Below are positions 1-5,833 of a stretch of DNA of 11,744 bases, piece after piece. The DNA comes from Thermoproteota archaeon. Lineage in GTDB: Archaea > Thermoproteota > EX4484-205 > JAAOZP01. Where the stretch lies: NCBI GenBank assembly GCA_049700215.1, contig JBNAVT010000044.1, positions 1 through 11,744 on the forward strand, written 5' to 3'. The translations under genes and the position numbers were made by a program. The first letter of the stretch is position 1. The number at the start of each line of letters is the position of its first letter. The notes below the pieces were generated by a model. It saw only the letters and a list, made by a program, of their open reading frames with translations, was not told the origin of the DNA and made no database searches.

Positions 1-501
1 GAAGGCAACGTTGTTCTCGTTAACATCCACTGCTATAGCCTTGCCATTCGGCTCCTGCAGCTCAACAGTTTTTGAGAAGACAGCCTTCAGGTAGCAGCCA
101 TCAGCCCTCCTGACGAGCCAGGCCTCCCCAACCCTCATCTCCTTGAACTTCTCATGGTATGTTCCATGGAGTAGCTTGAACTCAATCCTGCCTTGTTCAG
201 TCGCTATTGAAGCCTCCCAGCCTTCAAGGTTGATGGTGAAGAGGTGGTCATCCAGCATTATGGCGGGCTTCTTGAATATTGGCTTGTCAGCTTTCGTCAT
301 TCCTCTGCGCTTAAGCTTCCTAAAGCTTTTATAAATTGAGCAGGCCATCTGGCATGCCGTGTAAATGTAATGCGACGGGAGGGTTGGATGCTTAGCCCTC
401 AACTCATAATACTTCTCTGACTTTAGGCGTTTGAAGCTTGTAATTCCCCCTGCCTGAGCGTGGTTAGCGCGCGCGCTAACGGCATGCTCAACAGCCTCCA
501 C
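1..501 (-). CDS. tnpB: IS200/IS605-family TnpB (OrfB) RNA-guided nuclease, partial (runs off window start); 5' end looks degenerate
   Basis: Manual minus-strand translation gives ...HAQAGGITSFKRLKSEKYYELRAKHPTLPSHYIYTACQMACSIYKSFRKLKRRG...PIFKKPAIMLDDHLF...GEAWLVRRADGCYLKAVFSKTVELQEPNGKAIAVDVNENNVAF. This matches the Thermococcales-type TnpB pattern and ends in the RuvC-I motif (AVDVNENN). The only in-frame start upstream of the recognisable homology is GTG at 501. Not in the ORF track. Confidence 0.9.
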   Translation of the reverse strand, partial: MEAVEHAVSARANHAQAGGITSFKRLKSEKYYELRAKHPTLPSHYIYTACQMACSIYKSFRKLKRRGMTKADKPIFKKPAIMLDDHLFTINLEGWEASIATEQGRIEFKLLHGTYHEKFKEMRVGEAWLVRRADGCYLKAVFSKTVELQEPNGKAIAVDVNENNVAF

Positions 502-626
502 AATCCTACGCTTCTTGTGGCTTCTGGCGCCATAAATTCTTCCAGCGAAGCTTGTGGCGCGCGCTTCTCATCCCCCGGCCGCGTGGCGGCTTAAAAACCA
601 TCCATCATTGTTTAAACGGATGTAGA

Positions 627-1268
627 ATGGGTTTAAACCAGTTTCCACAGGCATTCTCATTCTTCAAGACGTTTCTCCCAGTGGTTCTGCTCTGCCCCGC
701 TGCCCTCCAGGACCTGGAGAAGAGGGAGGTCGACGCTTCAACATGGCTCCCAATCCTCCTGCTCGGGCTCTCAACCCTAGTCCTTGAGCTGGCTTCCAGC
801 ATGCTTCTGGAAACGTTTTTCAAGCTTTTTCAAGCCGTCAGCCTGATTGGCCTGCTGCTCCTCCTACGCCTCTACGGGCCGGGGGACGCGTTGATACTGG
901 CAGGCATATGCCTAACCCATGTCTCGACAACCAGGCCCCTTCTCCAGGGACGCTTCCTGCAGCTTTTCTACCCGGATTTCAGCCTCACTGTCCTTTTAAA
1001 CGCTGAAGTATTGTCTTTTACAACGATTGCTTCAAACCTTCTCCGCAACCTGCGTTCAGGAGCCTGGAGAACCCTGCCCAAGGAGGAGCCTCTTGGAAAA
1101 AGGGTTGCTAGCATGCTGCTTCTAAAAACCGTGAGCCAGGGTGAAGCCGCCGGCAGCGGTGGATGCAGAACAGTCTCCGCAAAGCAGACTGTTCCAATGG
1201 CGCTGTTCATTCTTCTCAGCTACGTGGCGACACTCCTCTTCGGAAGCCTCATCCCAGTCTCGGGTTAG
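627..1268 (+). CDS. A24-family (prepilin/preflagellin peptidase-like) membrane aspartic peptidase
   Basis: Multi-pass hydrophobic protein with the A24 signatures AALQDLEKREV (first Asp) and LYGPGDAL (GxGD), plus a C-terminal VPMALFILLSY helix. ATG at 627 is preferred over TTG at 552. Confidence 0.75.
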   Translation: MGLNQFPQAFSFFKTFLPVVLLCPAALQDLEKREVDASTWLPILLLGLSTLVLELASSMLLETFFKLFQAVSLIGLLLLLRLYGPGDALILAGICLTHVSTTRPLLQGRFLQLFYPDFSLTVLLNAEVLSFTTIASNLLRNLRSGAWRTLPKEEPLGKRVASMLLLKTVSQGEAAGSGGCRTVSAKQTVPMALFILLSYVATLLFGSLIPVSG

Positions 1269-1310
1269 CGGGACTAGCGCACGCTAAGGATTGGAGAAGC
1301 GCAGCGAGGC

Positions 1311-1868
1311 TTAAGGTATGAAGACTGCCGCCGCGACGACGGTGGTCCACATGCCGTCCTTATTACCCACTGCGGACTGTGTTACGCTCATCGTTTTAAC
1401 CCTGCGGCCGCTTATCTTCCATATCTCCTTCTGCTCGTCCCAGCTCTTATCTATGTCGAACGGAACCCCGAGCGTTGAGGCGAGCATGAAGGCTGCAAGG
1501 TCCTCAGCGTAGTCTCCAGCCTTCTTCTCAGTCTGGCCGAAGGAATGGTGCTCGCTCAAATAGCCGTAGCTCTCGTCGTCCAGAGGCTTAGCCATGCCTA
1601 TTGAAGCCGCTATAAGCCTGTTAGGCTCGTTCGTCTCGTTCTTAGCCAGCACGACAAAGATCACTTGACCCGGCTTAAGCTTGCTCAACCCCTCCTCCCT
1701 TCCTATCACTCTGCATCCAGGCGGTATTATGCTTGAAATCGGAACCAGGTTGAACTGAGCTATGCCCGCGTCCCTGAGAGCTATCTCGAAGGATGCTAGC
1801 CTCTCCCTGTGGACGCCCACCCCTTTCGTGAAGAACACTTCTCTCGGAACGAAACTGAACCCTTCCAT
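1311..1868 (-). CDS. pdaD: Pyruvoyl-dependent arginine decarboxylase
   Basis: FFTKGVG...SFEIALRDAGIAQFNLVPISSIIPP (Ser-Ser self-cleavage site), YGYLSEHH, and C-terminal WTTVVAAAVF. Confidence 0.93.
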   Translation of the reverse strand: MEGFSFVPREVFFTKGVGVHRERLASFEIALRDAGIAQFNLVPISSIIPPGCRVIGREEGLSKLKPGQVIFVVLAKNETNEPNRLIAASIGMAKPLDDESYGYLSEHHSFGQTEKKAGDYAEDLAAFMLASTLGVPFDIDKSWDEQKEIWKISGRRVKTMSVTQSAVGNKDGMWTTVVAAAVFIP

Positions 1869-1895
1869 TCTTTAACTGTTGGAGAAAGAATCGTT

Positions 1896-1920
1896 AGAAA
1901 GGTTTAAGATAAAGTTTTCC
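1896..1920. promoter_or_regulatory. Probable overlapping divergent BRE/TATA promoters for pdaD and the PHP gene
   Basis: Plus strand reads AGAAAGGTTTAAGAT. Minus strand reads GGAAAACTTTATCTTAAA, roughly 30-45 nt before the pdaD ATG. Confidence 0.5.
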
Positions 1921-2019
1921 CCTCGTGTGTAAACCGTGGCAGGCCCGCCTGCTCTGAGAATGGTGGCATGCGGAAGCCTGGAGGCGTAGCGGCGGGCTGT
2001 TTGAGGAGTGCTGTTTAAA

Positions 2020-2679
2020 ATGGCTGGCGGAAGGATGGGAATCGGGAGGTTCGATCTCCACATACATACTTTCTTCTCTAGGGACTCGCTCCTGAACCCG
2101 AGGCTGCTGCCCAGGGTGGCTGCTTCAAGAGGGCTCGCCGGCCTGGCTGTGACTGATCATAATGCTTTCGGAGCCCACAGGATGCTTGAGTCAAGCAGCC
2201 TCATAATCGTGCCCGGCATGGAGATAAGGACTACGGCTGGGGACATAATAGTCCTCTTCATACAGGAGCCCGTTAAGTCCAGGGATCCTTTCGAGGTTTG
2301 CGACCTGGCTAGGGAGCAGGATGGTGTCCTTATAGCGGCACACCCCTTCGGGTTCCCGAGGCTGGGCGGCAGCGTGGGCGGTGAGGTTCTTAGGCTTCTA
2401 GACGGCGTTGAGGTTGTTAACGCCAGGAACCTTTTGAAAAGCCAGAACGAGAAGGCGCTTCAGCTCGCCAGGAGGCTTGGAAAGGCTGAGACAGGGGGCA
2501 GCGACGCCCATTCTCTGAGGGAAGTCGGCAGGGCTTATACTCTCGCAGACGCCTCAAGCCTTGAGGAGCTGCGTACAGCGATTAGAAGAGGGAGGACCAG
2601 GGGTTCAGGAGGCTTAAGCAGCCCCCTGGCGCACCTGGCAAGCTTTTCAGCAAGCATTATTCACGCTTTAACCCGTTAG
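2020..2679 (+). CDS. PHP-domain metal-dependent phosphoesterase
   Basis: Motifs DLHIHT, TDHN, PGMEI, AHP and GGSDAH. Start is uncertain (2008/2020/2035); GAGGAG lies upstream of the ATG at 2020. Confidence 0.9.
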   Translation: MAGGRMGIGRFDLHIHTFFSRDSLLNPRLLPRVAASRGLAGLAVTDHNAFGAHRMLESSSLIIVPGMEIRTTAGDIIVLFIQEPVKSRDPFEVCDLAREQDGVLIAAHPFGFPRLGGSVGGEVLRLLDGVEVVNARNLLKSQNEKALQLARRLGKAETGGSDAHSLREVGRAYTLADASSLEELRTAIRRGRTRGSGGLSSPLAHLASFSASIIHALTR

Positions 2680-2696
2680 CCCTTGTTTCCCCCTAA

Positions 2697-2807
2697 GCTT
2701 CGACCCCGAGTATTCCCGGTTCGAAGCCGGTTTAATCCGGTGCCCCGTATTGAATGCTGGTTGAAGAACCTGTGGAAACGGTGCGCGCGATAAAGGTTCC
2801 GCTCGAC
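2697..2807 (+). mobile_element. Possible IS200/IS605 left-end remnant with a tnpB 5' stub
   Basis: Hairpin GCTTCGA(2697-2703)/TCGAAGC(2721-2727), overlapping CCGGTTCGAAGCCGG, followed by PVETVRAIKVPLD, which resembles archaeal TnpB N-termini. Confidence 0.4.
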
Positions 2808-2819
2808 TGTTTAAAACTT

Positions 2820-2845
2820 GAAAAGATAAAAAAGGAGAAGGGGGT
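2820..2845 (-). terminator. Archaeal oligo-T/pyrimidine terminator of the micro-gene
   Basis: Minus strand reads CCCCCTTCTCCTTTTTTATCTTTTC, starting about 15 nt after the TGA at 2859. Confidence 0.6.
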
Positions 2846-2858
2846 GATAGAAGTCCCG

Positions 2859-2915
2859 TCAACACTTCTTAGTTGCCTTCTTAGTCTTCTTCTTAGCCTT
2901 CTTCTTAGCGGCCAT
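2859..2915 (-). CDS. 18-aa lysine-rich microprotein MAAKKKAKKKTKKATKKC
   Basis: ATG GCC GCT AAG AAG AAG GCT AAG AAG AAG ACT AAG AAG GCA ACT AAG AAG TGT TGA. BRE/TATA ends 28 nt upstream, an oligo-T tract follows, and all 10 Lys codons are AAG. Confidence 0.72.
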   Translation of the reverse strand: MAAKKKAKKKTKKATKKC

Positions 2916-2943
2916 CTTCAGGAAGATATTATGCAAGCATACA

Positions 2944-2955
2944 CTTAAACTTTTT
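2944..2955 (-). promoter_or_regulatory. BRE + TATA box of the micro-gene
   Basis: Minus strand AAAAAG-TTTAAG, 28 nt before the ATG, which is the spacing of a leaderless or near-leaderless archaeal transcript. Confidence 0.65.
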
Positions 2956-2989
2956 GTTTTTTTAACTTTTCACTCGGCCCGCCGGCCAT

Positions 2990-4156
2990 CTAACCAGTCA
3001 AGCCGTCGAGCGTCTCCAGAAACTCCTCCTCAGCTCCGACGGGTATTGCCCCCGAGGCTGCGACGCTGTGCCCGTCTCCAAACCCCCCGTGCTTCGCACA
3101 GGCGTCTGGAAGAATCTTGGACAAAGGTGGTTTAACACCCTCCTCTATCATCCTTCTGAGCCTTGAGGGTGCTCTCGCCGACACTTTAACATAGTCTTTC
3201 TCAAGCAGGCCGTAGCCAGGTATCTCCCTCGGGATCCTCATGAACCCGATCAAATACTTACTGTCGTCGACAATCCTCTGGTAGCTTAAGAAGGATGTGA
3301 AGCTCCCGAGAACCTTGCCGCCCATTCCTTTGAAAACGCTGCCGGAGTCGAACCATTGCAAACCCTTTTTCTCCCCGAGGCCCCTCCTGATTATCGAGGC
3401 TAGAAGAGCCTTGTTAGCCCTCCTCCTCTCCTCCTCAAGGGTTTCTGAAAGGCTGAGGGTCTCCGGGCTGAAGCCTTTCAAACAGGCTTCAAGAGCCTTC
3501 TCCACGCCACCCCTGTAGTATCCTACTGAGGCGAGTATCGTGATGGCTTGGGAAGCCTTAACCCTCGAGAGCCCGAAGCCTTCTGCAACAATCTTGAAGT
3601 CCCTCCCCGACTGTTTCACAACACCCTCCTTCAAAGAGTCCTCGAGAGCAATCCTGTTGAAGCCCGCTGCCTCACCCGGTGTTTCAACCGAGCCTATCAC
3701 CGCCAGGTGGGAGAGCCTTCTAAGATCGCTGTCAACCCTCCTGGCGAAGAGATAGGCGACTGTTGAGGCTGAAGCATCCCTCTCCCCACGGTAGCCGTAG
3801 AGCTCAGGGTTCAGGTTTAAAACGCTGCTCGTGTGCGAGGGCTGAGTATCATGGTGGTCAAGGATCACCGCCAAGCAGTCCTTCCCAGTGTTCTCCTCTA
3901 TTTTCTCAACATGGGCTGAGCCGATGTCGCTGAACACTGTCACACGGTTTTCAGAAAGGGTTTTCGCAAGAACCTCTGGGAAAAGCTTGTCTACGCAGAG
4001 GGTTTTAACGTTGAAACCCATTTTTTCAAGCGCCGTCTTAACTATCGCGGCTGAGCAAACCCCGTCAGCCTCGTCGTGGTGGATTAAAACAGCCTCGCCC
4101 ACCCTGCGCTTAAGCTCTTCAACAGCCTTAGCAAGGCTTGCTTCAAACCTCTCCAA
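2990..4156 (-). CDS. DHH-family phosphoesterase (archaeal RecJ/GAN-like, with DHHA1 domain)
   Basis: HHDEADG, FSDIGS, ILDHH, LNPEL, DASAS, VSAR and GFGDGHSVAASG (variant of GGGH). Confidence 0.88.
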   Translation of the reverse strand: MERFEASLAKAVEELKRRVGEAVLIHHDEADGVCSAAIVKTALEKMGFNVKTLCVDKLFPEVLAKTLSENRVTVFSDIGSAHVEKIEENTGKDCLAVILDHHDTQPSHTSSVLNLNPELYGYRGERDASASTVAYLFARRVDSDLRRLSHLAVIGSVETPGEAAGFNRIALEDSLKEGVVKQSGRDFKIVAEGFGLSRVKASQAITILASVGYYRGGVEKALEACLKGFSPETLSLSETLEEERRRANKALLASIIRRGLGEKKGLQWFDSGSVFKGMGGKVLGSFTSFLSYQRIVDDSKYLIGFMRIPREIPGYGLLEKDYVKVSARAPSRLRRMIEEGVKPPLSKILPDACAKHGGFGDGHSVAASGAIPVGAEEEFLETLDGLTG

Positions 4157-4177
4157 GCCTGCTTATGTGAAGCAGGC
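4157..4177. promoter_or_regulatory. Perfect inverted repeat between the TATA box and start of the DHH gene (candidate operator)
   Basis: GCCTGCTT-atgtg-AAGCAGGC, with minus-strand TTTATT at 4184-4189. Confidence 0.45.
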
Positions 4178-4219
4178 GGGGGGAAATAAACGTTAGAAAC
4201 AGGCATGGAACTCTCAACA

Positions 4220-4280
4220 CTGAAGCCGGGGGGATTCCCGTCTCCTCGCCCTTGTGGGCTCATCCTGCCGGGTTCAGGAC
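4220..4280 (-). mobile_element. Possible IS200/IS605 right-end / omegaRNA-like remnant or structured ncRNA
   Basis: Minus strand CTGAACCCGGCAGGATGAGCCCACAAGGGCGAGGAGACGGGAATCCCCCCGGCTTCAG. The GGAATCCCC..GGCTTCAG part resembles the 5' arm and loop of IS605 right-end hairpins. Confidence 0.42.
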
Positions 4281-4330
4281 TGTGCCAAAGCATTAATGTT
4301 TAAGGCATGCTTGAGAAAATCAACCAGCCG

Positions 4331-4370
4331 CTTCCCCGGGGAAGGGAAACAGATATAAGCATACGCTTAT
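4331..4370 (+). promoter_or_regulatory. htrA promoter flanked by palindromes
   Basis: CTTCCCCGGGGAAG (4331-4344), then GAAACAGATATAAG (BRE/TATA), then ATAAGC-atac-GCTTAT (4355-4370), with the TATA about 30 nt before the TTG. Confidence 0.5.
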
Positions 4371-4388
4371 CGTTTTTAACGAGGATTC

Positions 4389-5318
4389 TTGCTGGGCGAG
4401 GAGATTGTTAAGGCGGTTGAAAAGGTTAAGCCGAGCATTGTCAACGTGAGCACCGTGAAAATGGTTTACGAGTTCTTCTTCTACGCTTTCCCCGTTCACG
4501 GCGTGGGCTCAGGCATAGTTGTCGACGAGGACGGACTTTTCCTCACGAACCATCATGTGATAAGGGGTTCCGACCGGATTCAAGCCTCGTTCTACGACGG
4601 CCTTATGGCGGAGGGCCGGGTTGTGGGCTCTGACCCCAGCCTAGACATCGCCCTGATCAAGGTTGAGGACGTGAGCCTTAAGCCTGCTGAACTAGGAGAC
4701 TCAGACACGCTTAGGGTTGGCGAGATAGTCATCGCGGTGGGGAACCCGCTCGGCTTGGCTGGCGAGCCGACTGTAACGATGGGTGTTGTAAGCGCGTTGG
4801 ACAGGCAGATAGTTTCGCGGGAGCTTTTCTTCCCCGAGCTTATTCAGACGGATGCTGCGATAAACCCTGGGAACAGCGGCGGCCCCCTGGTGAACCTTAA
4901 GGGCGAGGTTGTGGCGGTTAACACTGCAGTAATACCCTTCGCTCAAGGCATAAGCTTCGCAATACCCATAAGCTCCATCAAGCCTCTCGTCGACTCCTTC
5001 AAGAAGTACGGCAGGATGGTTAAGCCATGGCTCGGCGTCAAGTCGATAGACGTTAACAGGCAGATTGCGAACTACTACTCTCTCGGCGTGGACTATGGGG
5101 CGCTGGTCGTGGAGGTTTCTCCGCGTAGCCCTGCTGAGAGAGCCGGCCTTAGGCCTGGGGACGTTGTCACCATGATAGACGGCAAGCCTGTTAAAAGCTC
5201 AGCCTCCCTGGTGAAGGAGCTTAGAAGAAAATCAGTAGGCCAGAGGATAGAGCTCCTCCTATACAGGGGTTTCAGCAGGTATGTTGCTTCACCGGTTCTC
5301 GAGGAAGCCAGGTTTTAA
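4389..5318 (+). CDS. htrA: HtrA/DegP-family trypsin-like serine protease with one PDZ domain
   Basis: GSGIVV, LTNHHV (His), DIALIK (Asp), QTDAAINPGNSGGPL (Ser), and PDZ motifs PWLGV...SPAERAGLRPGDVV. Confidence 0.93.
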   Translation: MLGEEIVKAVEKVKPSIVNVSTVKMVYEFFFYAFPVHGVGSGIVVDEDGLFLTNHHVIRGSDRIQASFYDGLMAEGRVVGSDPSLDIALIKVEDVSLKPAELGDSDTLRVGEIVIAVGNPLGLAGEPTVTMGVVSALDRQIVSRELFFPELIQTDAAINPGNSGGPLVNLKGEVVAVNTAVIPFAQGISFAIPISSIKPLVDSFKKYGRMVKPWLGVKSIDVNRQIANYYSLGVDYGALVVEVSPRSPAERAGLRPGDVVTMIDGKPVKSSASLVKELRRKSVGQRIELLLYRGFSRYVASPVLEEARF

Positions 5319-5338
5319 AATCTTGGTTAAGCCTCCGC

Positions 5339-5833
5339 CTACTTCTCCCCGACGGCGAGCTCCTGCAGGAGGGTTTGCACAGCCTTCTTGCTTAGCTCCC
5401 TAGCAGCCTGGTCGAGAGTAACGTATTTCAAAGCATCCTTCGGACAGTGTTCAACGCACCTCGGGTAGCCCTGCTTCTCGCAGTAGTCGCAGATGACAAC
5501 CTTCCTCTTATCCAGGTGGAGCCTTATTACTCCAAAGGGGCATGTTTCAACACACCAGCCGCACCCGTTGCACTTGTTCTCGTCTACAACTATGACTCCG
5601 TTAGGCTTCTGCGTTAAAGCGTCTCTCGGGCATGCTTTAACACACGGAGGGTCCTCGCACTTCCTGCATGCTACAGCAAGGTTCAGGAAGGGCTCTATCC
5701 TGACAACCCTTATCCTAGACTTCTTAATGTTTAGGACGCCCTCGCTTGCGAACGAGCACACGTATTCGCATATCCTGCACCCGTTGCACTTGTCAGGGTC
5801 GCAAACAATTATTTTCCTAAGCCTCGACTCCAA
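5339..5833 (-). CDS. 4x[4Fe-4S] electron-transfer subunit (DmsB/HydN/AorA-like) associated with AOR
   Basis: CNGCRICEYVC, CRKCEDPPCVKACP, CNGCGWCVETCP and CDYC...CVEHCP. Overlaps the 3' end of aor and has GGAGGAGG before its TTG. Confidence 0.9.
   Translation of the reverse strand: MESRLRKIIVCDPDKCNGCRICEYVCSFASEGVLNIKKSRIRVVRIEPFLNLAVACRKCEDPPCVKACPRDALTQKPNGVIVVDENKCNGCGWCVETCPFGVIRLHLDKRKVVICDYCEKQGYPRCVEHCPKDALKYVTLDQAARELSKKAVQTLLQELAVGEK

Noticed and set aside
531-572. PIP-box-like QASLEEFM on the minus strand
   Set aside because: An in-frame stop lies a few codons upstream with no start codon, so this is likely chance.
1905-2000. tRNA, fluoride riboswitch or SECIS in the pdaD-PHP intergenic region
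   Set aside because: Too short and no T-loop for a tRNA. It lacks the GCUGAUGAC/pseudoknot of the fluoride motif. GAA-GCC/GGC lacks the opposing A and lower stem of a SECIS.
2811-2870. Cys-UGA read-through as selenocysteine in the micro-gene (UGA sits in an AGAAGT/ACTTCT hairpin loop)
   Set aside because: No convincing archaeal SECIS is nearby. HdrA and MvhD here use Cys with no in-frame UGA, and the extension runs into the terminator.
2860-2910. CRISPR array
   Set aside because: The units are 12-nt tandem repeats without spacers. No repeat-spacer structure was seen anywhere in the window.
2859-2915. Lysine attenuator leader peptide, or ribosomal eL41
   Set aside because: No downstream gene lies on the same strand (the next gene is convergent), and the peptide has no Arg or the KW motif of eL41.
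2754-2948. Track ORF of 64 aa with a Leu/Ser-rich 'membrane' segment
   Set aside because: LLSCLLSLLLSLLLS is the antisense shadow of the AAG-rich micro-gene. Only the first ~18 codons look like a tnpB stub.
4228-4270. Hammerhead ribozyme (GATGAG-stem-CGA)
   Set aside because: The core would need CUGANGA and GAAA, but the sequence has AGGAUGA and GAGG.
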